Assembly (NCBI GenBank): GCA_964551375.1
Contig: CAZKBG010000001.1
Span: 715,229 to 747,228, forward strand
Length of the DNA: 32,000 bases
Reading direction: 5' to 3'
DNA from: an uncultured archaeon
GTDB lineage: Archaea; Iainarchaeota; Iainarchaeia; Iainarchaeales; JAAZKV01
Positions 16,091 to 24,983 of this stretch are shown in pieces. The notes beneath the pieces are model-generated. The model was given only the letters and a program-made list of their open reading frames with translations. It was not told the DNA's origin and did no database searches. How positions within the stretch are numbered: position 1 is the first letter of the stretch; each line of letters starts with the position of its first letter. A program made the position numbers and the translations under genes.

Positions 16091-16711
16091 TTGATAAAAA
16101 TGGGCTTTTTGTTTTTAGATATAGAATCCTTTGTGGACCCAGAGGATGAAAATTCAGGGCTTAATCCTCACCACGCTAAGAGCAAAGTCCTTGTAATCGC
16201 TTACAATTACTATTCAAGCCTGAGCCCGCCAAATTCTGACACAATAAAAGAGCCGTCTTTTTTGTTTGAATGGGAAATCGGCTCCGAAAAAAAACTTCTT
16301 GAAGAATTTTTTAAAATTTTAAAGCAAATACACAATAAAGACAATTTTTTGAAAATTGTGGGCTTCAATCACATAGTTTACGACTTAAATTATCTTTACT
16401 CAAGAATGGCTCACCACGAAGTTGCCTCAAAAAAAGAATTATTCAATCTGCTTTATACTCTTCCAAGACACGTTGATTTAGCACAGCTTGGGATGGCGGT
16501 ATCAAAAGCAACAAAACACAGCGAGGATTTTAGAACAATCTCCCAAAAAACAATTAATGCCTACTATGACATCCCAATAAAAGAAGCAAGCGGCAAAGAT
16601 GTGTCAAAATTTTATTCAAAAAAAGAATTTGAGAAAATAAAAAAATACTGCAAAGAAGAATTTACCTTTGAACTTCTATACCAGAGTCTTTTACAAACAT
16701 TTCTTCACTAA
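16091..16711 (+). CDS. DEDD-superfamily 3'-5' exonuclease-like protein (PolB exonuclease type)
   Basis: FLFLDIESF (Exo I), IVGFNHIVYDLNYL (Exo II), Exo III-like KKYCKEEFTFELL. Confidence 0.65.
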   Translation: MIKMGFLFLDIESFVDPEDENSGLNPHHAKSKVLVIAYNYYSSLSPPNSDTIKEPSFLFEWEIGSEKKLLEEFFKILKQIHNKDNFLKIVGFNHIVYDLNYLYSRMAHHEVASKKELFNLLYTLPRHVDLAQLGMAVSKATKHSEDFRTISQKTINAYYDIPIKEASGKDVSKFYSKKEFEKIKKYCKEEFTFELLYQSLLQTFLH

Positions 16712-16810
16712 TTTTTTTAATTTTCTTTTGAAAAACAAATTCACTGATTAACTATCAATAATTTAATGAAAATTTTCTGCGCGTCCAGAATTTTGTAAAT
16801 TAAAGCAAAG

Positions 16811-16820
16811 TATTTATACT
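16811..16820 (+). promoter_or_regulatory. TATA-like element upstream of the 39-aa ORF
   Basis: AAAGTATTTATACTCC. Confidence 0.4.
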
Positions 16821-16847
16821 CCATTTTCCTATTCCCCTTGACCTAAA

Positions 16848-16967
16848 ATGAGCGAATCATCTTGCCTAGGAAGAGAAATAGTTTTATGCAAAGTTCTTGA
16901 GTCAAAAGGAAAAAACCTTGACGACTCAAGCGCAGCGTTCATGAAGAACCTGAAGAACTTTAAATAA
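16848..16967 (+). CDS. Candidate 39-aa small protein
   Basis: ATG...TAA reads MSESSCLGREIVLCKVLESKGKNLDDSSAAFMKNLKNFK; preceded by a TATA-like box at a plausible distance. Not in ORF track. Confidence 0.4.
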   Translation: MSESSCLGREIVLCKVLESKGKNLDDSSAAFMKNLKNFK

Positions 16968-17021
16968 AATTAAATTATCTTTTTTATTCTATTTTTAACT
17001 CTTTTTGAATACAACTAAATC

Positions 17022-17513
17022 ATGAAAATCGCAATAACAGGCACGCCCGGGTGCGGAAAAACAACTCTTGCAAAACAACTCGGCGAAAAGTACGGGCTCA
17101 AAGTAATAAACGAAAAAGACTTTGCCCTAAAGAATTCTATTGGAAAATTTAATGACGAAAATGAGCTTGAAATCCCGATTGATGCTTTTGAAAAAAAAGT
17201 AAACGCATTTCTCCAAAAAAACGACAATGTTTTATTTGAAGGGCATGTTTTATGCGAAGCAAAATTAAAAGTTGATTTTGTTCTCTTGATTACAATAAAT
17301 CCAGAAGAGCTTGAAGCAAGGCTTGAACAGCGAAACTATGCTCCATCAAAAGTAATGGATAATGTATTCTGCGAAGGAATAGAATACTGCAAAAAACACC
17401 TGCTTAGAAACTACCCAAAAGACAAAATACTTCAAATCACCTCAAAACCAGCTCAAAAGCTTACTTTTGCCGAGGCTGTGCGCGAGATAAACTCAAAAAA
17501 TTCCAAAAAATAG
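17022..17513 (+). CDS. AK6/Fap7-like P-loop nucleotide kinase (COG1936-type)
   Basis: MKIAITGTPGCGKTTLAKQLGEKYG (P-loop), VLFEGH, DFVLLITINPEELEARLEQRNYAPSKVMDNV...EGI. Confidence 0.88.
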   Translation: MKIAITGTPGCGKTTLAKQLGEKYGLKVINEKDFALKNSIGKFNDENELEIPIDAFEKKVNAFLQKNDNVLFEGHVLCEAKLKVDFVLLITINPEELEARLEQRNYAPSKVMDNVFCEGIEYCKKHLLRNYPKDKILQITSKPAQKLTFAEAVREINSKNSKK

Positions 17514-17587
17514 CAATTTTCTGATTTTTTGAGCTTTATGGAATATTTTAAAGCTTATTCAAGCACAACCTAATGTAGTGTTTGGGC

Positions 17588-18760
17588 ATGAAAGCAATAT
17601 TTAATGTATTATTTTTAGTAACTTTAATCTCTTTAGCCCTCAGCGCATTTGCATATGAAGTGCCACTGTCAGAATTTGGGTTCACAGAAATATCTAATAC
17701 TACTAATTTTACAAAATCATGCAAAGAACTAACCCTTGAAGTTCCGCAAGACATACTTTCATCAGAAGGCGGAGCGCCAATTTTATCCTTAAACGCAAAT
17801 TTCTTTAACTATTCAAGCGACACAAGCTATGTTTCCGTTTCAATCAATAATTCAGAAGAAAATGTAATCTGGCCAGAAAGCTTTTCATGCACAGACAGCT
17901 GCTTTGCAAGAATATTTTTGCCAGAGCTTGAAAAAGGAGCTACTCAAGTTAATATTTGCACAATTCTTGGCGGAAAAACAGATGGAATTGAGGTACTTGA
18001 AAACTCAAAAATAGGTTTATACAACACTCCAGTTCTAACAATAAAAAATTCAGCCCCTGGGGTAGTATACCTTGGAGACAGGGCAAAAATGACAACAACA
18101 GTTACAAATGAAGGAACAAAAGCATCAATGATAAGAGTTCAATTCATACATCCAGACACAAGAGCGGCAGTTAATATCACAAGCTTTGACATTGTTGATG
18201 GAGAAAGCTATGCAGTAACAACAATTTCCCCAGGCGAAACCAAAAACTTTGTTTACTACATCAAGCCAACAGTGCTTGGATTATACAACCTGCCTTCAGC
18301 AGCAATGTTTTTCAAAAACGTGTTCGGAGAAAACCAGTTTATGATAAGCAATCACCCAATGATGTCAGTTCAAACAAGAAAACAAATCGAAGTATCCCTA
18401 ATAGCGATAAACGACAGCGAGCCAAGAACATTCAAAGCAATAATAAAAAACAACCTTGACCAAGCATTCAGCGGATTTATTACAGTTTCGCCGCAGACAA
18501 GCATTCAAGAAGCAATGCAGGAAGTAGAAGTTCCGGCAAACAGCGAAAAAGAATTGATTTTCCAATCTGATTTATTAGAGCAAGGGGACTATGAATTCTT
18601 TGCAACAATAAGAGACACAAATAATATTTACTCATCAAACAAGATTTCAGTGCAAGTGCAGAACAACTCGCTTCCAATCCAAATGATTCTTGCAATAGTT
18701 GGAATAATCGCAGGCGCGCTAATCTTCGCATGGATATATTTCTTAAGTGAAGGGAAATAA
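17588..18760 (+). CDS. Secreted membrane-anchored protein with beta-sandwich domains
   Basis: Signal sequence MKAIFNVLFLVTLISLALSAFA; C-terminal IQMILAIVGIIAGALIFAWIYFL; start ATG 17588 preferred over TTG 17582. Confidence 0.75.
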   Translation: MKAIFNVLFLVTLISLALSAFAYEVPLSEFGFTEISNTTNFTKSCKELTLEVPQDILSSEGGAPILSLNANFFNYSSDTSYVSVSINNSEENVIWPESFSCTDSCFARIFLPELEKGATQVNICTILGGKTDGIEVLENSKIGLYNTPVLTIKNSAPGVVYLGDRAKMTTTVTNEGTKASMIRVQFIHPDTRAAVNITSFDIVDGESYAVTTISPGETKNFVYYIKPTVLGLYNLPSAAMFFKNVFGENQFMISNHPMMSVQTRKQIEVSLIAINDSEPRTFKAIIKNNLDQAFSGFITVSPQTSIQEAMQEVEVPANSEKELIFQSDLLEQGDYEFFATIRDTNNIYSSNKISVQVQNNSLPIQMILAIVGIIAGALIFAWIYFLSEGK

Positions 18761-18769
18761 TTTCTAATT

Positions 18770-21700
18770 TTATATTTTTTCCCATTCTTCAGTGAGCTTT
18801 TCTCGCTTGTCTTTTTTTATTCGCTCTCCTGAATTAAACTTTTGCAGCAAAACTACTGCCACAACAATTATCAGCGCTATTGGAATAAATCCGGAATAGG
18901 GGATTGACTCTGACAAAGGGGCTTTTGAATTTAATAAAAGAAATGCGTCCGTAAATTTGTTTGAATCAATAAGCTCTTTGCTTTTGCTCACAATAGACTT
19001 ATCTTTTTTTGAGTCAACCGCTGAATTGAAAGCGGTTATAGTCTGGCGTTTGATTGAGTCAAACGCCGTTAAAAGTTCATCTTTAATTGCAAAAACAGTT
19101 TGAAGTTTGACTGACAAGTTTAAATCTGACAACGCAAGTTCATTCAAATTAAATTTTAATTGTTTTAACCTCTTTTCAGTAATTGGCTGAATAAATTTTG
19201 CATTTATCAGTTCAGACTCTTTTCCATAAAGCAGTGTTTCAAGGTTTTGTATGAGTTTGTTGCTGTCAGAAAGGAGACTCTTAAACTTTTTTTCTTCTTC
19301 TGGGGAAAAAGAGCTGTCTGTTTCAAAGCTTTTTTCTTTTTCAATCAGGAATTTATCAAATAGTCCTAATAATTGTGAGTATATTGAATAAGCATCTTTT
19401 TGAGATTTAATTAAAGCAACATCAAATTCATTTTTCTTTTTAACAAAATCGTTGAAAGTAAGGATAAGCGAAGCGGATTTGGTTTCTTTCATTATTTTTT
19501 GCATAGTTGCATGCATTTGCAAAACCCTTTTTTGCATTTCTGCCAGAATCTTAGTTTTTATTCCTGCTTCTTCTTTTTGCAAAGTATTTAATTGCGCCAA
19601 GCTATAATTTTCAATTGCTCCTGAACTGACTAATTCATTTAGTTCTTTTATTCGCTTTACGTCTTCAATAAATCCGATTGTCTCAAGCAGATTAACATCC
19701 GAATATAATTGTTTAAGAGTTGTCTCAATATTATTTTGCAGCTGGTTGGCAGTCAATTCATTTAATACAGTCAGTTTTTGGTTTTCAATTAAATTATTGT
19801 TTGATTCAATCTTTTTTGCAATTTCAATTAAACTTTTATCAAAAATTAAACTAATGAATTCGTTTGTCTTTTCTCCTTCAATAAGCATATTCTGCTCGTA
19901 AAAAAAATCCCGTTGTCTTTCTAAAATCAATTTATATGCCTCTTTTGAATCACTAACTTCAAAAGAAAGGGTAAAATATTTTTTTTCCTTTGGCAGAAAA
20001 TGGCTATTTTCAATAAACAGTTTATTTGCAAGCCTCTTATTTTCAATTTGGTTGAACGAATCTGTTTGGAGGGAGATGTTTTCAGCAAATTCAAGCTCGT
20101 CAATTTCGAACAGCAAGTCAGCAGCAAGGCTTTCAGGAAAAGTGCTTTGGGCAGTCAGCTCAAAAGTATACTTATCAAATCCGCTGCCAGAATCAATTTT
20201 TATTAAATTTGAACTTGTTTGAATAATTCCTGTTGTAAAAAAAGTTGCATAAATTTTTTTCTTAGTATCAAGAAGGGCGGGGCCAATTTCTAAAGTTGAT
20301 TTATTGATTGAATATAGGATTTCTTCATGTTCGTAACTGACCGCAACTTTATTTGTCTTGGGCGGGATTATGGTTGTTATTATTGCTCTTGCAAAGATAT
20401 TTTCAGGAATAAAACTTATTGTTCGTTGAATTATGCTTTCGTTGTTTGTCACTTTGATAAGCTCATCGCCCTCAACTTGTATTAAATTTGACTTTATTTT
20501 TATTTTAAGCGCAGTTGGCCCCGGGTTTGCGCAAATAAACACAATTTTTTGTCTTGAGAAAGGATCCTGTTGAATGCAAGAATTGTCTTCAAGGTAGGTT
20601 AGGAGAAAATTTAAGTCAATTTCAAAATATGTGTCGCTGTTTTTAATTGGGTTTGTGAAATACAACAGCCCTTCTTGTTCAAATCCTTCGCTTTTTTTAA
20701 TTATTGTGTTTGTGTCAAGAAGTATTGTGTAATTTGATTTTATTATCTTGCTTACACATTTATCCAAGAATTCATTTACTGTGATATTTTGTTCTTGTAT
20801 TGATTTTAGCAAAGTTTCCTCAATTCCAAGAATGTTTTCAATAATTATTTTTCCATCTGGTGAAAAATAATCATTATATTTAGATATTTTTTTTAACTGT
20901 TCTTTTGTTTCTGTCAAAAGTCCAGCGCCGGAGATAACAACGATATTTTGATTTAGTATATTTTCTGATTCCTTAAGTTTTGTGAATTCAAATTCAAGCT
21001 CTTTAATTTCCTTATTTTCCCCAATTTGCGCTTTTGCTTGATTGCTGATGGAAAGGCAATAATTAATGGCCCAGGGCAAATTTAATTTTGTTATATTTGT
21101 TTCTTTCAATTGGCTGTATTGTTCGCGGAGTTCGGGCATATTTTTATAAGAAAGCATCTTTTCCAGATTTGTTAAGCACTCTTGCGCCAATATTTTTTGA
21201 GCGGCAAGATATTCATCGTAATTAGATATTGCTTTCTCAAGCTCAAGTTTTTTAGCGACAAATTTTGCGCAATAATAAAGCTTTTCTTCATTAAGCGAAT
21301 TTTTTGTTTTCTGGGCAAAATAATACGCTTCGTCAGCAAGATCGCCTAAGTGGAAGTCTTCATCAGCAACGGGGTTTTTGTAGTTGCTGGCAATTTGCTC
21401 GCACTTGTTATAAGTTTGATCAAGCGCGTTTTCATTTATTATATTAACTTCTGCTAAAAGCGAATTTTCCGCCGCAAGAAGGTTTTTAATTTCAAAAACT
21501 CTTTCCCCAATGCCAACATCTTCTTTAGCAATTTTTTCCTTTAATTTAGCTATGTTTGTGCCGATTTGCAGGAGCTTTGTTTGGGGAGTTTCCTCTATGG
21601 AAACTACTTTTCCAAAAAGCAAACTGTATAATTTTGCGTGTTGTTTTAATGAGTTATATTCAGCAACTTTTTTTGAGCAAGCAACATATTTTTGTTCAAT

Positions 21701-22633
21701 ATCCTGCATGCCTGTTAATGAATATTTTTTTGTTGTGTTAAAATTATTGCTGGTTTTATTCATCAAATCAGAAAAGCGCTTAATGGCTGAATTATTGTTT
21801 CCCCCAATGTTTGAGTAAAGTTTCATAAAGTCATTAATTGGAAAGTTTTGCAGATTTAGAAGAGTTTCTCTGGTAAAAAAAGCATTTTCAAAATATGCTG
21901 CTAGTGAGCCAAATATTTTGCTGCTTTGGAAGTACTCTCCAAGCGTGCTTTCTTTGTGGTCAAAAATTATTAGTTTATCAAGATATGCAAACCCGGCAAT
22001 CCAAACAGGTGCTTTTTCTGCAGCTATTGGAAATCCTTTGGCCGCAGACGACTTAGTAAATTCAATAACTTTATTTTGGTAGTACGAAAAATATGTGTTT
22101 GAGTTTGTTTCTCCGCTGTTGAGTTCTGATATTATTTGGCGAAATTCTATTAATGAATAATATAATTCATCTTCTTTGATTAATTCAATATTTTCTTCAG
22201 AAAGCATTTTTTCTTCAGCTTTGATTATTTCAAAACTCTTTTTCATTGAATAGTCGAGCTCAATCAGCGCCTGCTGCATGTAATACCTTGATTGATTTAA
22301 TGGGGTTGAAAGGCCTTTTGCATTCCCTGTCTGGCAAAGTTTTTGGATAGTTTCAGTTTCTTTTATTGCTTTATTATGGAAAAACCAGCTTCTCGCAAGG
22401 CTGTTTTTTAGATCATAAAGCAGGCTTTCTTGCTCATACCCTAACTGGGTTTTGAACATTTCACTTACTTTTTCATAACAACTGCTTTCAGTTTCGCAAT
22501 AAGGCACATATGAATAGCTTTGGGTAGCAAGGGTGAAACATAGATTTTTTTGTGAAGAAGTCATTTGCGTACAGCCAAGCAAAAGAAGCAAAAAGACTGT
22601 GATTGCTATGCTAACTAAACCAAAATGCTTCAT
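18770..22633 (-). CDS. Very large (1287 aa) lipoprotein-like, helix-rich surface protein with C-terminal TM segment
   Basis: N-terminus MKHFGLVSIAITVFLLLLLGCTQMTSS (lipobox LLGC), extended Lys/Glu/Leu-rich helical body, C-terminal FIPIALIIVVAVVLLQKFNSGERIKKDKREK. Confidence 0.8.
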   Translation of the reverse strand: MKHFGLVSIAITVFLLLLLGCTQMTSSQKNLCFTLATQSYSYVPYCETESSCYEKVSEMFKTQLGYEQESLLYDLKNSLARSWFFHNKAIKETETIQKLCQTGNAKGLSTPLNQSRYYMQQALIELDYSMKKSFEIIKAEEKMLSEENIELIKEDELYYSLIEFRQIISELNSGETNSNTYFSYYQNKVIEFTKSSAAKGFPIAAEKAPVWIAGFAYLDKLIIFDHKESTLGEYFQSSKIFGSLAAYFENAFFTRETLLNLQNFPINDFMKLYSNIGGNNNSAIKRFSDLMNKTSNNFNTTKKYSLTGMQDIEQKYVACSKKVAEYNSLKQHAKLYSLLFGKVVSIEETPQTKLLQIGTNIAKLKEKIAKEDVGIGERVFEIKNLLAAENSLLAEVNIINENALDQTYNKCEQIASNYKNPVADEDFHLGDLADEAYYFAQKTKNSLNEEKLYYCAKFVAKKLELEKAISNYDEYLAAQKILAQECLTNLEKMLSYKNMPELREQYSQLKETNITKLNLPWAINYCLSISNQAKAQIGENKEIKELEFEFTKLKESENILNQNIVVISGAGLLTETKEQLKKISKYNDYFSPDGKIIIENILGIEETLLKSIQEQNITVNEFLDKCVSKIIKSNYTILLDTNTIIKKSEGFEQEGLLYFTNPIKNSDTYFEIDLNFLLTYLEDNSCIQQDPFSRQKIVFICANPGPTALKIKIKSNLIQVEGDELIKVTNNESIIQRTISFIPENIFARAIITTIIPPKTNKVAVSYEHEEILYSINKSTLEIGPALLDTKKKIYATFFTTGIIQTSSNLIKIDSGSGFDKYTFELTAQSTFPESLAADLLFEIDELEFAENISLQTDSFNQIENKRLANKLFIENSHFLPKEKKYFTLSFEVSDSKEAYKLILERQRDFFYEQNMLIEGEKTNEFISLIFDKSLIEIAKKIESNNNLIENQKLTVLNELTANQLQNNIETTLKQLYSDVNLLETIGFIEDVKRIKELNELVSSGAIENYSLAQLNTLQKEEAGIKTKILAEMQKRVLQMHATMQKIMKETKSASLILTFNDFVKKKNEFDVALIKSQKDAYSIYSQLLGLFDKFLIEKEKSFETDSSFSPEEEKKFKSLLSDSNKLIQNLETLLYGKESELINAKFIQPITEKRLKQLKFNLNELALSDLNLSVKLQTVFAIKDELLTAFDSIKRQTITAFNSAVDSKKDKSIVSKSKELIDSNKFTDAFLLLNSKAPLSESIPYSGFIPIALIIVVAVVLLQKFNSGERIKKDKREKLTEEWEKI

Positions 22634-22749
22634 CTAAAGAAGCCCTTTTGTTTTCCTATAAAAACTTTAACAAAACTTCGACAGTTGTCAAGGTATTTGG
22701 TTTGGGCTGGCTGAGCTGTGGGGTGGTTTGTGAGTTTGTTTTAGTGGAA

Positions 22750-23100
22750 TTAGATGCCTTTTTCTTGATTCAAATCAAAGTTTATATCGTTTACTATGAC
22801 TGGAGTTTGGTTAATTAGCTTGCACTGTTTTGAAGCAGCTTTTGCATCAGGCAAAAGGCTATACAAGCAAGTGTTCTCTTTGTTTAATAAAGTCCTTATT
22901 TCAATGCAGTCCTGGCAGGGACTGTCCTTTGCAGCGCCCATTAACGGGTTGATGAATGAGTACTGGAGGTAGGCTCCGATTAGTATGCCAATTACAAGCA
23001 CAAGCAGGTAAAGTTTGGTTTTACTTAGTGCTTTTTTGACTTTTCCTGCGCCCTCTGGGATAAGGTCGTTGTATTCGTCGTTTGGATCTGCAAGTGACAT
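22750..23100 (-). CDS. Small single-pass membrane protein (116 aa) with Cys-containing outer domain
   Basis: KTKLYLLVLVIGILIGAYLQYSFI; CQDCIEIRTLLNKENTCLYSLL...KQC. Confidence 0.6.
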   Translation of the reverse strand: MSLADPNDEYNDLIPEGAGKVKKALSKTKLYLLVLVIGILIGAYLQYSFINPLMGAAKDSPCQDCIEIRTLLNKENTCLYSLLPDAKAASKQCKLINQTPVIVNDINFDLNQEKGI

Positions 23101-23173
23101 GAGTGATTAATGATTTTGCTTAATAAAAAACTTCTCTTTTAGTCCGAAAAATGCTGTTTTATTCAAATTCGCC

Positions 23174-23185
23174 ATTACTTGGACA
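23174..23185 (-). repeat. Diverged copy of the TGTCCAAGAAAT motif (11/12)
   Basis: ATTACTTGGACA versus ATTTCTTGGACA. Confidence 0.4.
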
Positions 23186-23227
23186 ATTCATGCAACTATA
23201 CATAAGCGCCTTTTTTGACTTTGTCAT

Positions 23228-23239
23228 ATTTCTTGGACA
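23228..23239 (-). repeat. Core copy of the TGTCCAAGAAAT motif (12/12)
   Basis: ATTTCTTGGACA. Confidence 0.6.
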
Positions 23240-23294
23240 CTTTTTTTCTTTCACTCTTGAAAATGAAAAAATACATAACGCGTTTTAAGTTCGC

Positions 23295-23320
23295 TTTCCC
23301 TTGGGGAAACCTTTATAAAG
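23295..23320 (+). promoter_or_regulatory. Probable PRC-barrel promoter: TTTCCC-TTG-GGGAAA inverted repeat followed by CTTTATAAAG TATA box
   Basis: Inverted repeat directly abutting a palindromic TATA element, 46-71 nt upstream of the start at 23366. Confidence 0.55.
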
Positions 23321-23365
23321 CAGTTAGTCTTTCTATATGTAAATTAGTTTTTGTAGGCGGTAAAT

Positions 23366-23641
23366 ATGTACAAATATACAATAGCGAGACAGCTTGCATC
23401 AAAGAGAATCATCACTAACAGAGGAGACGAAGTTGGCAAATTAGTTGACATAATCGTATCCGAACTTGGTGGAGATATCGAGTACTTGGTAGTTGAGGTT
23501 GACAGAAGTTCAAGATTACTATCAAAAATGGGCAAAGTTGACAAGCTAATCGAAGTTCCATACGCAGCAGTAACAGCCGTAAGCGACGTGTTCATTGTTG
23601 ACGAAAGGGAAATAATCGAAGATGCTGGAAGAAAAGAATAA
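23366..23641 (+). CDS. PRC-barrel domain protein (91 aa)
   Basis: ARQLASKRIITNRGDEVGKLVDIIVSELGGDIEYLVVEVD...IEVPYAAVTAVSDVFIVDE. Confidence 0.85.
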   Translation: MYKYTIARQLASKRIITNRGDEVGKLVDIIVSELGGDIEYLVVEVDRSSRLLSKMGKVDKLIEVPYAAVTAVSDVFIVDEREIIEDAGRKE

Positions 23642-23646
23642 AATTT

Positions 23647-23695
23647 AAAATTGACTTGCCAAGCTGCTGACTAGTCAGCGGCTTAAATCAATTTT
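23647..23695. repeat. Nested inverted repeat after the PRC-barrel gene, candidate terminator or structured RNA element
   Basis: Outer arms AAAATTGA/TCAATTTT (8 bp), inner AAGCTGCTGACT/AGTCAGCGGCTT (12 bp with one G-U). Confidence 0.5.
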
Positions 23696-23888
23696 CAACC
23701 CAAGACTCAATTCTCTAAGTTGATGCCTTCTGTAAGAGGGCGATTTACTTAATCGCGAAACCTTGTGTTAAGAATGCAAAATTTTTGATTCAAGGATTTC
23801 TTTTTTTTATAATATTTCCAAGCTGTGCTTTGGCGGAGCATGGGGTGGGGGTAGTTAAGTCAAATCAATTGAGGGTGATTAGTTTTTT

Positions 23889-24983
23889 TTATAAATTCAC
23901 AATAAGTTTTTTCTTTTTAAAATCAAGCTCTTTAATTATCGGCTTTACTTTATTGATTTTTTCAGTAATTTCCTTTTCAGTGAGCCCCTTTGCTTTGCCC
24001 TTTTCAATGGCATCCATTAATTCTTTTAGTTGATTATAATGCAAGTAAACCTTTTCACCCTTCTCCTGCGCTTCTTTCTCCTGCACAGCAAGTCCAGCAG
24101 TTTGGTTTCTTTTGGCAGCAAGTTCTTTGAGCTGCTTATTTTGCTTTTTATCAATTTTTTCCTCAATTATTGGCAAATCTTTAGCATTTTCTTCAAGCAT
24201 AATTGCGTTTAATGCAGAGATAAGGTCATCAAATTCCTTTTCAGGAGGTTTTCCAATATCTGTAGTGTAAATTGCGCCTCCAATTACAAATGGTTTGGAT
24301 GGTTTAGCGTTGTAAATCTGTTTAATGAGCTCAAATAACTTTTTCATTTCGTTTGCGGTTGCTTTAGCTGAATCTTTTTTCTTATCAAGCCCCAGTGTGT
24401 CAAACGCATGCTCTAAAATAAGCGGGGAAGTGTTAAGCGCATCAACGGAACCGCCAAAAAAAGTCTTGGAGCTTGCCTTAACCAGCTTTTGAAACTCTCC
24501 GATACTGGCTGTGCTTGGATCAAGCCCTCTTGAACTTGGAAATTTATAAATTTCATTTTGCTCAAGCTTTCTATCCTTCCACTCTTCCTTTCTCATAGCC
24601 TTAATTATCTGCATTTCTTTGTTGCAAAGAATCATATTTCCTTTTGCAAAGAGTTCAACTATTAAAAACACGCTTGGAAATTCAAAAATAATAATTCTAT
24701 CCGCTCCGCGCTGGGTTAGAGAAATAATTCTTTGATTCATTAAGTATTTCTTAAGCAGAGCGGAGAACCCCCCAGGGTGCATTTTTGCGCTTAGCGAATA
24801 ATTAGAAACAAAAAAAGCATTTGAAGTGATGATTAAGTTCTTGTCTCCGGATTCTTTAGTGTGAACTTTAAGCTTTAACCATCCGTTATCAAGGCTCTGT
24901 GATTTATTCACAAATCCATTAACCAGAAACTGGCTTTCAAGAACCAAGTGCTTAAGCGCAAGGTTGCTTAACGTGATTTCCAT
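23889..24983 (-). CDS. NFACT-N/RqcH (Rqc2)-like protein, short form lacking the C-terminal NFACT-R domain
   Basis: NLALKHLVLES, KMHPGGFSALLKKYLMNQRIISLTQRGADRIIIFEF..LIVELFAKGNMILCN, coiled-coil segment ending LDFKKKKLIVNL*. Confidence 0.85.
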   Translation of the reverse strand: MEITLSNLALKHLVLESQFLVNGFVNKSQSLDNGWLKLKVHTKESGDKNLIITSNAFFVSNYSLSAKMHPGGFSALLKKYLMNQRIISLTQRGADRIIIFEFPSVFLIVELFAKGNMILCNKEMQIIKAMRKEEWKDRKLEQNEIYKFPSSRGLDPSTASIGEFQKLVKASSKTFFGGSVDALNTSPLILEHAFDTLGLDKKKDSAKATANEMKKLFELIKQIYNAKPSKPFVIGGAIYTTDIGKPPEKEFDDLISALNAIMLEENAKDLPIIEEKIDKKQNKQLKELAAKRNQTAGLAVQEKEAQEKGEKVYLHYNQLKELMDAIEKGKAKGLTEKEITEKINKVKPIIKELDFKKKKLIVNL

